Virus record (IMG/VR): IMGVR_UViG_3300038406_000088
Span: 1 to 58,127 of that record
Source: a virus
Strand: one strand, 5' to 3'
DNA: 58,127 nt
Part shown: piece by piece, positions 18,095 to 27,594 of the stretch
How positions within the stretch are numbered: the stretch's first letter is position 1
Layout: each line of letters begins with the position of its first letter
Notes under the pieces: generated by a model
The model's input: only the letters and a program-made list of their open reading frames with translations
Told to the model about the DNA's origin: nothing
The model's database searches: none
Program-made: the position numbers and the translations under genes

Positions 18095-19894
18095 ATGTCA
18101 AAGGACAACGAGGCGGGGCAGACCCTGCCGGACGGGGGCGACGAGCTTACCGCCGCATTGGCGGGTAAGTCCGAAGCCGAACTGTCCAACATGCGTGACG
18201 ATCTGGTCGCGGCGTTTGACGCCATCTACCAGGACGGCAAAGCGGATATCGACGCTGACGGTTTCGCGAAACTCGAAGTCATCAAGACGCAGATCCTCGC
18301 GGTGAACACCACGGCCGAAGAGGTCGCGACAACCAAGCGCGCGAACGCCGAACGGGCCGCCGCTCTCCGCGAGGCCATCAAGCCCGCGAAGACTGAGGCT
18401 GTCGAAGACGGTGAAGGCGGCACCGAAGCCGGGGACGACGCTCCCGAGGCTGCGGCTCCCGAAGCGAGGGAACTCGTTTCCGCTGGCATCGATGAGAAGG
18501 TGCTCACCGCTTCCATCACGACCGCCATCGGCGAGACCATGAAGGCGTTCGCAGGTGACTACCTCAAGCCGACGACCGACCTGAACCAGCGCGTGCGACT
18601 CGGCACGATTCAGCAGTACGCGCCCGACGCCAAGGTGCACGAGGCTCGCTCTGAGGCCGTGATCGTGGCTTCGGCCGACATCCCCGGCTTCGCACAGGGT
18701 GGCCGACTCGACAACATCACGCAACTCGGTGAAGCAATGCACCGACGCGCGAAGATGCTCCCGGTCGGGCGCACGGGCAACCCCGAAGCGGTTCCGGTCG
18801 CGAGCCTGGAGCGCGAGTTCACGTTCACCCTGAACAAGAACTCCACGCCTGACGACGTGAACGAAGTCCTCAAGGCCGCTGCTGATGAGGATGTCCTCGT
18901 GGCCGCTGGCGGATGGTGCGCGCCTTCGGAGATCTCTTACGATTTCTTCAACGTCGTCTGCGAAGACGGCATGATCGACCTGCCGACCGTGGGTCTGTCG
19001 CGCGGCGGCGTGCAGTACCCGACCTCGCCGAGCTTCGGCGACCTCGCGTCTGACCCGGGCATCGTCTGGACCTGGACCGAGGCCGACGACATCGAAGCGG
19101 TCGACAGCTCGTCTGTCTTCAAGCCGTGTGTGCGTGTCGAGTGCCCGACGTTCGTTGACCGGCGCGCCGACTGTGACGGTTTCTGCGTCACGGCCGGTAA
19201 CCTGATCGACTACGCGTACCCCGAACTGATTCCCAACTGGCTGCGGCTGGTCATGGCGATCCGTGCGAAGGCAACGAACGCGCGCATCATCGATCTGATG
19301 CTGAACGGCGGCGGCTCAGGTGACGCGATCTCCGCGTCCATCGCGGTTGACCACTCCGGCCTGCTCGGTGCGACCACTTCGGCGCTGCTCAGCTCCATCG
19401 AGCTGTCGGCGGTCGACTACCGCGAGAAGTACTCCATGTGCTTTGACGCGATCCTCGAAGTCGTCATGCCCCGTTGGGCTCAGGCGGTCATCCGCGCTGA
19501 CCTCGCGAACCGCGACGGTATCGACGTCTTCGGCGTCACGGACGGCATGATTGCCGACTGGTTCAACATCCGTGGCGTCCGCGTGCAGTTCGTCGGCGAC
19601 TGGCAGGTCCGGTCCGGCACGGACCCGGGCAGGGCCACCCCGGCCACCGGCTGGCCGCTGACCATGGATTACATGATCTACGCTCCGGGCACCTTCATCC
19701 GAGGCAACTCGATGTCGCTCGACCTCGGCGTTGTTCGTGACTCCGTGCTGAACTCCACCAACGACCACACGGCCGCATGGGCTGAGGACTGCTATGCGCT
19801 GCTGAAGCCGGGGCACGAGTCCCGCGTGGTCACGGTCGACATCTGCTCGTCTGGCGAGATCGGTGCCCGCACGTTCACGTGCGAGGGCTCGTAA
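18095..19894 (+). CDS. major capsid protein with a long N-terminal scaffold-like (delta) domain
   Basis: AGAGGGAA ribosome-binding site. The roughly 170-aa acidic helical N-terminus is followed by an HK97-like body. Confidence 0.75.
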   Translation: MSKDNEAGQTLPDGGDELTAALAGKSEAELSNMRDDLVAAFDAIYQDGKADIDADGFAKLEVIKTQILAVNTTAEEVATTKRANAERAAALREAIKPAKTEAVEDGEGGTEAGDDAPEAAAPEARELVSAGIDEKVLTASITTAIGETMKAFAGDYLKPTTDLNQRVRLGTIQQYAPDAKVHEARSEAVIVASADIPGFAQGGRLDNITQLGEAMHRRAKMLPVGRTGNPEAVPVASLEREFTFTLNKNSTPDDVNEVLKAAADEDVLVAAGGWCAPSEISYDFFNVVCEDGMIDLPTVGLSRGGVQYPTSPSFGDLASDPGIVWTWTEADDIEAVDSSSVFKPCVRVECPTFVDRRADCDGFCVTAGNLIDYAYPELIPNWLRLVMAIRAKATNARIIDLMLNGGGSGDAISASIAVDHSGLLGATTSALLSSIELSAVDYREKYSMCFDAILEVVMPRWAQAVIRADLANRDGIDVFGVTDGMIADWFNIRGVRVQFVGDWQVRSGTDPGRATPATGWPLTMDYMIYAPGTFIRGNSMSLDLGVVRDSVLNSTNDHTAAWAEDCYALLKPGHESRVVTVDICSSGEIGARTFTCEGS

Positions 19895-19930
19895 TCGAAC
19901 ACGAGACGAAAAGAGAGGAGGTGAGCGGCG

Positions 19931-20830
19931 ATGAGTCGCGGAAGATTCCAGATCCCCAGTGACGCACTGCCGTTCACTTCCCCTGCGTACGACCTGTTGA
20001 CCACCGCAACGCAGCTCGCACTGCCCGACAACGCTCATTGGAAGATGGGCCTACAGTGGCAGTCGATGTGTCCGGACGCAGATGGTACGTACGGGGAATG
20101 CACGAGTCCGGACGGGACACCGGTCCCCGCGCCCAAGGCTGATACTTGGAGCAGGCATACACGCGGAGCGACGCCGGTAACGGTGTACAGCCGCATCGAT
20201 TGCGCTCCGGTAGCGGAGTGGGACCAGCTTCCCGAGCAGAATCGGCAGGCGCTGCTACGTGCCGAAGCTGCCGAACTGGAACGCATCATCTGGACTGGTG
20301 AGGCGGAACAGGACAGCGGCAACGTTACTGTGTTCCCGCACCTTGCCGACGACGGACCGACCGTTATCGACGGGGATGACATCCTCCAGGTTGCCGCAAC
20401 GGTAGTCACGGACATCCCGCAGACGATCGAGGTCGGCATCGGGATGTTGGAAGACGCTATGCGGGACTGCTACCACGGCGTAGCCACCCTGCATGTGCCG
20501 ATTCGGCTCGGTGCGCTCATGGCGGAAGCCGTACTGCTGGCACCGCGCGCGGGCGTCATGTACACGTCGTCGGTCGGTTCGAAGGTGGTGCTCGGTGAAT
20601 ACCCGGGTACCGCTCCGGACGGGACGAGCACTGACGGTGTGACGTGGGTGTACGCCACAGGTGCCGTGTTCTTCCAGCGTGAGCCTACGCCGCACACCTT
20701 CACGCCTGTCGAGTCGTTCGATCGTGACGTGAACACGCTCAGCATGATTGCGGAGCGAACCTATGTCGTCGGTTGGGATTGCTGCCTCTTGGCGATTCCG
20801 ATCCTGAACGGCGAAGACATCACATCGTAA
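19931..20830 (+). CDS. second capsid-like structural protein (vertex or minor capsid?)
   Basis: 299 aa, immediately after the major capsid gene. The assignment rests on size and overall pattern only. Confidence 0.35.
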   Translation: MSRGRFQIPSDALPFTSPAYDLLTTATQLALPDNAHWKMGLQWQSMCPDADGTYGECTSPDGTPVPAPKADTWSRHTRGATPVTVYSRIDCAPVAEWDQLPEQNRQALLRAEAAELERIIWTGEAEQDSGNVTVFPHLADDGPTVIDGDDILQVAATVVTDIPQTIEVGIGMLEDAMRDCYHGVATLHVPIRLGALMAEAVLLAPRAGVMYTSSVGSKVVLGEYPGTAPDGTSTDGVTWVYATGAVFFQREPTPHTFTPVESFDRDVNTLSMIAERTYVVGWDCCLLAIPILNGEDITS

Positions 20831-20845
20831 GGGGGTTGATACAGG

Positions 20846-21514
20846 ATGTCACAGTGCGCTAATCCAATCAGAGGCGAAATCGTTCGCTTCACACTGCTTG
20901 ACCAGTGCGGAGTCCCCGTTACGGGTGATGGCTCCGCTCAGGTCACCACGGACGCGTGGACGGAAATCACCGTCACGCCCAACTATGAAGACGGTACCCG
21001 CCTTCTTCAGCTCAAGGCCAACGGGGAACCGTGCGTCAACGAGCAGAGCCCGTCATTCCTGAACTGGATTGATGAGGTCACGAACCTGTGCACGCTCGAC
21101 GTTGACCTGATCGCGCTGGTGTTCGGCGAAGACCCGATTGTGTCGGTTGCTCAGGCTGACTTCGTCGGTGTGCAGTTCGGTACCGGCCTGTTGAATGCGC
21201 GTTTCTCCAAGGAGATTTGGCAGCCTGTTGCGGGAGAAGATGCCTGCGACGCCGAAGGCAATCAGCGGTGGATTTATTGGGCGTTCCCGCACGAGTACAA
21301 CGCTCGTGTTGAAGCGCTCACGTTCACGAACGACGTGTTCACCTTCGGTTTCGCGAGCATGAGCAAGCCCGCGTCGCCGCTGTGGAACATCGGTGACCCG
21401 TGGCTGTCCGACTCGCCTGTCAGCACGTGGGAACCGGGGAAGCACTTCGCTTTCGCGATCACCACGGTTCAGCCTCCCGAGCCCGCTTGCGGCGCTGTGG
21501 AGATCGGTAGCTGA
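20846..21514 (+). CDS. putative major tail (tube) protein
   Basis: 222 aa. The N-terminal pattern (RFTLLDQCGVP..., GEPCVNE..., LCTLDVDLIALVFG) resembles siphovirus tube proteins. No other candidate precedes the chaperone genes. Confidence 0.45.
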   Translation: MSQCANPIRGEIVRFTLLDQCGVPVTGDGSAQVTTDAWTEITVTPNYEDGTRLLQLKANGEPCVNEQSPSFLNWIDEVTNLCTLDVDLIALVFGEDPIVSVAQADFVGVQFGTGLLNARFSKEIWQPVAGEDACDAEGNQRWIYWAFPHEYNARVEALTFTNDVFTFGFASMSKPASPLWNIGDPWLSDSPVSTWEPGKHFAFAITTVQPPEPACGAVEIGS

Positions 21515-21521
21515 TAGGATA

Positions 21522-21542
21522 GATGGGCAGATGTAGCCCATC
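21522..21542 (+). terminator. weak hairpin after the putative tail-tube gene
   Basis: GATGGGC-7 nt-GCCCATC. Confidence 0.3.
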
Positions 21543-21602
21543 ATGCCGGGGGAGCGTTTACCTAGTCACCGGGTTACGCTCCCCCATTTCCATGTCGGAA
21601 GG

Positions 21603-22238
21603 ATGACGATGCAGGACGATTCCGTAAGCCCATTTCTCGGTACTGGACATGGCCGATCGGGAACGATGTGGACTGCGGAGTTCTTCACGCGTATCGGTTT
21701 CCCCACGTACCATGAGCGACAATTCTCCCCAGTGCGATCGCACACGTTGACGCATCATGAGGTGTCGTGGCTTGCGATCCCGTTCCTGCCATCAATTCCA
21801 CGTGGCACGAGGATATTGCGCGTGGTTCGAAACCCGTACCATGCTGTTATGTCCGGGATGCAGATGGACTTCCAAGAGCGACCGGGAGCCACGTCGTTTG
21901 ACCGGTTCATGGAGCAGCATCGGCCTGATATCGCAGACGCACCAGACAAGCTGACACGCATTATCCGGTGGGTGGCGTTGTGGGACTCACCGCTAGATCA
22001 GACGCCACATAAGGTGATCCGACCTGATGCTGACGCGTTGGACCGGCTAGGCGAAGTGGTCGAGTACGCGACGGGCATATCGGTCTCTCAAGAGCACACG
22101 GCGCACGCGTGCGCACAGCTCGGCAGCAAGGTGAACACGAAGGCAGTGCGCAGGAACCCAACCACACGTGAGGACATCGATGGGCATCCCGAAGGCTGGC
22201 GAATCCGGGAACGAGCGGAACGGTTCGGGTATGCTTGA
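21603..22238 (+). CDS. sulfotransferase-like protein
   Basis: GTGHGRSGT resembles the PAPS 5'-phosphosulfate-binding loop. VVRNPYHAVMS resembles the RDPxDxxxS 3'-phosphate motif. Confidence 0.55.
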   Translation: MTMQDDSVSPFLGTGHGRSGTMWTAEFFTRIGFPTYHERQFSPVRSHTLTHHEVSWLAIPFLPSIPRGTRILRVVRNPYHAVMSGMQMDFQERPGATSFDRFMEQHRPDIADAPDKLTRIIRWVALWDSPLDQTPHKVIRPDADALDRLGEVVEYATGISVSQEHTAHACAQLGSKVNTKAVRRNPTTREDIDGHPEGWRIRERAERFGYA

Positions 22239-22294
22239 GTCGGTGATCCCGCAACTGATACACTCACATGTTCTTAGGATGGAGGAGGACAAAG

Positions 22295-22831
22295 ATGCAC
22301 GACAACACGACATGCAAGATTGATGGATGCAACTCCAAGGTTTCTAGGCGCGGGTGGTGCAACGCTCACTATCTGAAGTGGTATCGACACGGTGACCCTA
22401 ACCGAGATTACAACTCAGAAACTGAAATCACGGAAAGATTTTGGTCAAAGGTTGATGCGTTTGGGGATTGCTGGGAGTGGTTGGGAAGCAAAACTGCTGC
22501 AGGTTACGGTGTCTTTTCTGAGAGAAACTGCAAGGTGTATGCACACAGGAAGGCGTACACGGTCTTGATAGGTCCGATCCCTGATTCGCTGGTGATCGAC
22601 CATCTGTGCAGAAATGTTTCGTGTGTCAACCCCGATCACCTCGAAGCTGTTACGCAGGGCGTTAACGTAAAGCGGGGGATCGCACCAATGGCGGTAAACG
22701 CCAAGAAAACACACTGTCCTCGTGGACATGAGTACACGCAGGAGAACACGTATCGTAAACCTCGAACAAACTATCGTGAGTGCCGACAGTGCACAAGGGT
22801 TAACGCCGCGTCTCGTGGGGGTGCGTCGTGA
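22295..22831 (+). CDS. HNH homing endonuclease
   Basis: GGAGGAGGA ribosome-binding site. CKIDGC..RRGWCNAHYLKWYRHGDP, CWEWLG..GYG and IDHLCRNVSCVNPDHLEAVT motifs. Lower GC. Confidence 0.85.
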   Translation: MHDNTTCKIDGCNSKVSRRGWCNAHYLKWYRHGDPNRDYNSETEITERFWSKVDAFGDCWEWLGSKTAAGYGVFSERNCKVYAHRKAYTVLIGPIPDSLVIDHLCRNVSCVNPDHLEAVTQGVNVKRGIAPMAVNAKKTHCPRGHEYTQENTYRKPRTNYRECRQCTRVNAASRGGAS

Positions 22832-23478
22832 CAATTCCTCACGTGATGCACCACATCTGGCTAGGTAGTCCGTTGCCGGAACATCTTGCCTCGAACATCC
22901 GGGAGTGGCAAAGACTTCATCCCGAGTGGGAATCATTGGTGTGGGGCGACAAAGACTTCGGCTGGCTGCAAAACCAAGCACTGTTTGACCGGGCAGGCGA
23001 TCTGGTCCCTCGTGACGCTGTTTGGCAGTTCAAATCTGATTTGTGTAGATACGAAATCCTGTTGCAGTACGGCGGATGGTACTGTGATACAGATACCCGT
23101 CCTCTTCGTGCGATCGATTCCGCGCTAGCTGGGCATGACGTGTTCGCGGCGATGGAAGATAGCAATTACGTGGGAAATACCTATCTGGGTTGTACTCCTG
23201 ATCATCCGATAATGCGTGAGATCATCGGGGCCATTCCCAGAAACGTCAACCGTAACCAAGGTAAGCGTCCGAACGTGCTTACGGGACCTAAATTCATCAC
23301 TCCGATCTGGAAGCGGAACGGGGGGTATGCGGCACAGCCTCACCTTTGGTACCCATATAGCTACACTCACGTGAAAAGCGGAACTGTTCCTACCGATTAT
23401 CACCCGGAAGCGTTTGCGGTTCACGAGTGGTTTCACACCAAGAGCGTTATGGAGGCAAGACGTGCTGTCACTCGATGA
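22828..23478 (+). CDS. GT32-type glycosyltransferase (DXD sugar-binding region)
   Basis: HHIWLG...P, SDLCRYEILLQYGGWYCDTDT matches the Gly_transf_sug signature. Lower GC. Confidence 0.75.
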   Translation: MTIPHVMHHIWLGSPLPEHLASNIREWQRLHPEWESLVWGDKDFGWLQNQALFDRAGDLVPRDAVWQFKSDLCRYEILLQYGGWYCDTDTRPLRAIDSALAGHDVFAAMEDSNYVGNTYLGCTPDHPIMREIIGAIPRNVNRNQGKRPNVLTGPKFITPIWKRNGGYAAQPHLWYPYSYTHVKSGTVPTDYHPEAFAVHEWFHTKSVMEARRAVTR

Positions 23479-24088
23479 ACTCGCCGAACTCGACGGGCTG
23501 ATTCCCCGCGAAGTCGGCGAACACCTGCTCAAGCTCGCGGCGCGCGTGCCAGTCGATCAAGCCATCGTGGAACTCGGATCGTACCGAGGCAAGTCCACGT
23601 GCTACCTGGCGACCGGAGCGCGGCAGGGCAACGGCGCGCACGTCTACGCCGTTGACGCGTGGTCCGAGGAGGTTTCTGCGTGGCGCAGCAAGATTCTTGA
23701 TCGGCTGCCTTCCCCGTTGTACGCGGACTTCCGTGCGCAGGTCTCGAAGGCCGGTTTCAGCGACGAACACGTAACCGCTGTCAAGTCACTGTCGACCATG
23801 GCCGGTGACCACTACGAAGGGCCGCCGGTCGGCCTGCTGTACATCGATGGGGACCACGCGAAGCGCGCCGCTATCGCCGATCTCCGTGCATGGCGATCGC
23901 ACCTCACTGACGATGCCCTGGTGGTCTTCGATGACTACGCCATGACGAATAATCCCGGTGTCAAGGTCGCGGTTGAAGCGCTCACCGAATCCGGCGAGCT
24001 TGCCGACGTGCAAGAGGTCGTGTCGCGCATCGCGGTATGCAAGCTCGGTGCCGTTCGTGGCACACGAAAGCCGGGAGTGGGGAAGTGA
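23462..24088 (+). CDS. class I SAM-dependent methyltransferase (Methyltransf_24-like)
   Basis: VELGSYRGKST, YIDGDH and VVFDDY motifs. GTG start overlaps the upstream stop. Confidence 0.7.
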   Translation: MLSLDELAELDGLIPREVGEHLLKLAARVPVDQAIVELGSYRGKSTCYLATGARQGNGAHVYAVDAWSEEVSAWRSKILDRLPSPLYADFRAQVSKAGFSDEHVTAVKSLSTMAGDHYEGPPVGLLYIDGDHAKRAAIADLRAWRSHLTDDALVVFDDYAMTNNPGVKVAVEALTESGELADVQEVVSRIAVCKLGAVRGTRKPGVGK

Positions 24089-24666
24089 AGTCAATCAACT
24101 ACACGCCCGCAGGTTACTGGGATCGCAGGTACCGCGAGGGTCGAACATCTGGCGCGGGCTCCGAAGGCGACGAAGGCGCGTACAAGGCGGCGTACGTCGA
24201 ACGGTTCATCATTGATAACGATGTTGAGAGCGTGATCGACTGGGGGTGCGGAGACGGGCAGGTACTCGCACAGATCGAGCTGAACGGCGCTCGATACACC
24301 GGCATCGACGTATCTGAGACGATCGTCAAGCGCATGCGTGAACGGTTCCCGCATCGTCGGTTTCTATCGTCAACCGACGCGCATGATCGTTGGTCGCACG
24401 AACTGGGGCTCAGCATGGACGTGCTGTTCCACCTGCCCGACGACGCCGATTACTTCGGCTACCTTGATCAGCTTTTCGGCAGTGCGACGCGGTTCGTGGT
24501 CATCTACGCCACGAACTACGCGGGTGGCCGAACGGCGCGGCACGTCTTCCGACGCGAGTTCACGCCCGACATCAAGGAGCGGTTCCCCGACTGGAAACTC
24601 ACGACTGTTGAGACGCCGCTCCGCGAAGGGCTCGCGTCGTTCTTCGTGTACGAAAAGAAGGCATGA
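24085..24666 (+). CDS. class I SAM-dependent methyltransferase
   Basis: VIDWGCGDGQVL and GIDVSE motifs. GTGA overlap with the upstream gene. Confidence 0.7.
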   Translation: MKSINYTPAGYWDRRYREGRTSGAGSEGDEGAYKAAYVERFIIDNDVESVIDWGCGDGQVLAQIELNGARYTGIDVSETIVKRMRERFPHRRFLSSTDAHDRWSHELGLSMDVLFHLPDDADYFGYLDQLFGSATRFVVIYATNYAGGRTARHVFRREFTPDIKERFPDWKLTTVETPLREGLASFFVYEKKA

Positions 24667-25493
24667 TGCGACTCTCAGTGAAGATCATGGCGCACAAGAA
24701 GCGTGCGCGGCATATCCCCGGCCTCCTCGAACGACTCGGACTCACCGATAAAGACGTGATCTGGGATCGTCGCAGTGACAGGTGGGATACCGGCCGTCGC
24801 GCATGGGAAGCGGTAGACCAGACGGCCGACTTCGGATGCGTGCTCCAGGATGACGCATTGGTGCCGCTTGACTTCATCGCAGGCATGGAAAAGGCGCTGA
24901 CCTACCTGCCCGAACGCGCGCTCGTATCTCCGTACACGGGAACACGCAGACCTTCGGCAAGCCGTGTCGAACGCGCTGTGATCGAGGCGCGCAAGGCGGG
25001 TGTGTCATGGATTCGTATGCCGTCGCTGAACTGGGGTGTCGGCATCATCGCGCCGACAGACATCATCGATCGCATGTTGCCGTGGTGCGACAAGCAGCAG
25101 TACCCGAACTATGACCGCCGTATCGGCCGATACGCCATCGACGTTCTCGGCATCCCCACGTGGTGTACGTGGCCCTCACTCGTGGATCACCGCGATGACG
25201 ACAGCCTCGTGGGACACGGGCAAGGCCGCAAGGCGCATCAGTTCCTCGGTGAGGACGTTTCCGCGCTCAGCGTGAAGTGGGACAGCTCTTACGTTGATCT
25301 CTCCCCGAAGATGGTCGTAGGGCGTCGTTTCCCGAAACGGCCCGTCGCTAGCGTCTTCAACCCGCAGCCTGCCGAAGAGGTGTCGGGGGTGCGAGCGGCC
25401 CGCGTGGCGAGCAACCGACAACGTGCCGCTTCGGTGCTACGCGTACCAAGGCAAGGCGGAACACCTGATGTACCGCCGAAGCGCCCGGCATAG
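24663..25493 (+). CDS. GT-A-like glycosyltransferase (putative)
   Basis: LQDDA (DXD-like) and SLVDH motifs. ATGA overlap. Basic, disordered C-terminus. Confidence 0.5.
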   Translation: MMRLSVKIMAHKKRARHIPGLLERLGLTDKDVIWDRRSDRWDTGRRAWEAVDQTADFGCVLQDDALVPLDFIAGMEKALTYLPERALVSPYTGTRRPSASRVERAVIEARKAGVSWIRMPSLNWGVGIIAPTDIIDRMLPWCDKQQYPNYDRRIGRYAIDVLGIPTWCTWPSLVDHRDDDSLVGHGQGRKAHQFLGEDVSALSVKWDSSYVDLSPKMVVGRRFPKRPVASVFNPQPAEEVSGVRAARVASNRQRAASVLRVPRQGGTPDVPPKRPA

Positions 25494-25533
25494 CGTCTCA
25501 CAGGCGGTACACTGATCTGCACGGGGGTTGGCA

Positions 25534-26730
25534 ATGGCGATAGCGCAGTACACGGACAAATTCTGGTATCCAGATGGCACGCTGGCGACAAACATTGCGG
25601 TGCGTATCTTCCCGCTGAACTCGAACATCCTCGCGCCGCTGTTTGCTGATCTTGCCGCTACGGTTCCGTTGGATAACCCGCTCACGACCAGCGGAACCGG
25701 TGACATATCGTTCTTCGCCGAAGAGGCCGAATACTGGCTGCACATCGACACCGAGACGTTCCGTATCCGGGTCGGTCCCGAACCCATCGACCCGGCCAGT
25801 GAAATTGCCGCAGCCGTCCTATCGACGGGCATCACGGCCGGGGGCGACCTCTCCGTGAACGCCGTAAGTTCCTCCGCTATCGACATCGCCCCGCTCACCG
25901 GGTACATCACTGATTTCACGCCCGACCCGTTCGCGCCGACTATCACCCGCATCACGTACCCGGGCGGGACGGTGGAAATGGACGCGGGTGCGCTGGCCCG
26001 GACGGCCACGGCGTGGCTCATGGACGCGGGCCAAGTGATCACACAGCAAGCGCTACCGCCCTCGAACGCGCAGCGCCGCACCCATATTTTCCTTGGCGTG
26101 ACCGCACAAGTCGGCGGCGTCATCATTGTCGACCAGTCGCTACCGGTCATCATGCAGCAACCCGCGAACCAGCTCACGGACCTCATGACCGCGCTCGGGG
26201 CGTTCAACATCTCCGGGAACCAGATCACCCCCAACGGCGTCAACCGCATGATCGACCACGCCGCCGGGACCCTGTTCTCTCAGGCGTTCAACCACTTCGT
26301 GGGGTCGGTACAGACGGACGACCCGCACGTGTCCATCAGCGGCGCGCATTCACCGGTGAACTTCCGCTACGCCACTCGTGACGTGAATGTACTGTTCGGA
26401 CCGTTGACGAACCTGGTCGACGTGGCGAATTACGATGTCGGCGGCGTCGTCACGCCTGTCGGCGGCGGCGCGAACACCAGCACCATTCACCGTGTGTTCA
26501 TGTTCGCGAACAATAACCCGGATGACCAGATTGTTTTGCAGTACGGGCAAACCACGTATTCGAGCCTCGCCAACGCCGTCAACTCTATCGGCGCCGGAAC
26601 GTTCATACCGAACCCGCTCATGCGGGCCGCCGCGTTCCTCGGGTATATCTGTGCCACCCGCACCGCCACGAACCTCTCCGACACCGCGCAAGCCGTGTTC
26701 GTGGCCGCAGGAAAGTTCGCCACGCCGTAA
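25534..26730 (+). CDS. hypothetical virion protein
   Basis: About 398 aa, between the island and the connector genes. No motif recognised. Confidence 0.5.
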   Translation: MAIAQYTDKFWYPDGTLATNIAVRIFPLNSNILAPLFADLAATVPLDNPLTTSGTGDISFFAEEAEYWLHIDTETFRIRVGPEPIDPASEIAAAVLSTGITAGGDLSVNAVSSSAIDIAPLTGYITDFTPDPFAPTITRITYPGGTVEMDAGALARTATAWLMDAGQVITQQALPPSNAQRRTHIFLGVTAQVGGVIIVDQSLPVIMQQPANQLTDLMTALGAFNISGNQITPNGVNRMIDHAAGTLFSQAFNHFVGSVQTDDPHVSISGAHSPVNFRYATRDVNVLFGPLTNLVDVANYDVGGVVTPVGGGANTSTIHRVFMFANNNPDDQIVLQYGQTTYSSLANAVNSIGAGTFIPNPLMRAAAFLGYICATRTATNLSDTAQAVFVAAGKFATP

Positions 26731-26739
26731 GGAGGTCCC

Positions 26740-27594
26740 ATGCCAGTTATCAATCCTATCCCGACAGCCGCAACGGCTGGAGGTGCAGCGTTCGGTTCGT
26801 GCCAAGCGTGGAATCTGTCGTGCGCTACTTTCCCCGAATCGGTGACGCCGGAGCTTGAAGCCACGGCGGCAATGATCGCCACCGAAATCCTGTGGAACCG
26901 AACGAAACGCCAGTTCGGCGTCTGCTCGGTGAAGCTGCGACCGTGCCGGAAAGACTGCCTCCCCGCTGGTCCGTGGATTCCCACGACGGGCGGGTGGTAC
27001 GACTTCACCGGCTCATCGTGGCCGTTCCCGCAGCCCGCACTCATCGGCGGCGCGTGGATCAACATCGCGTGCGGATCATGCTTCTCCGACTGCTCGTGCT
27101 CGCACATCTCCGAAGTGCGCCTTCCATATCCGGTAGCCTCGATTACCGAGGTCAAGGTTGACGGCGTTGTGCTGCCTTCCACGGCTTATCGCGTGGACAA
27201 CTTCAACCTCCTCGTTCGCATCGACAGTGAGGAGTGGCCGCGGTGCAACGATATGAACCTCGAAGACACCGAGGTAGGTACGTGGTCGGTGACCGCCGAT
27301 TACGGGCAGGAGGTTCCCGAGCTCGGCAAGCTCGCAGCTGGTCAGCTCGCGGTGGAGATCGCGAAACGGTGCGTGAACGCCTCCGGTTGCGTCCTACCAT
27401 CCGGCACCGTGCAGGAGGTGACGCGGCAAGGCGTCAAAAAGGTGTTCTTCGATTCAGAGACGGCTTTCAAAGGCGGCATGACGGGTATGTACTGGCCTGA
27501 CCTGTTCATCAAGACGTACAACCCGAGCGGCACTGGTATCGCCACGATCTTTGATATCGACGGGTCACGACCACGGCGGGCAGGTACCTCCTGA
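26740..27594 (+). CDS. head-to-tail adaptor (putative)
   Basis: Position, plus a gp6-like segment ATEILWNRTKRQFGVCSVKLRPC. Confidence 0.5.
   Translation: MPVINPIPTAATAGGAAFGSCQAWNLSCATFPESVTPELEATAAMIATEILWNRTKRQFGVCSVKLRPCRKDCLPAGPWIPTTGGWYDFTGSSWPFPQPALIGGAWINIACGSCFSDCSCSHISEVRLPYPVASITEVKVDGVVLPSTAYRVDNFNLLVRIDSEEWPRCNDMNLEDTEVGTWSVTADYGQEVPELGKLAAGQLAVEIAKRCVNASGCVLPSGTVQEVTRQGVKKVFFDSETAFKGGMTGMYWPDLFIKTYNPSGTGIATIFDIDGSRPRRAGTS

Noticed and set aside
23462-24666. The two methyltransferases acting as DNA methyltransferases linked to the GCGCGC motif
   Set aside because: No DPPY/NPPY or PCQ catalytic motifs are visible. Their context, between glycosyltransferases, favours sugar or protein O-methylation. 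The idea remains untested.
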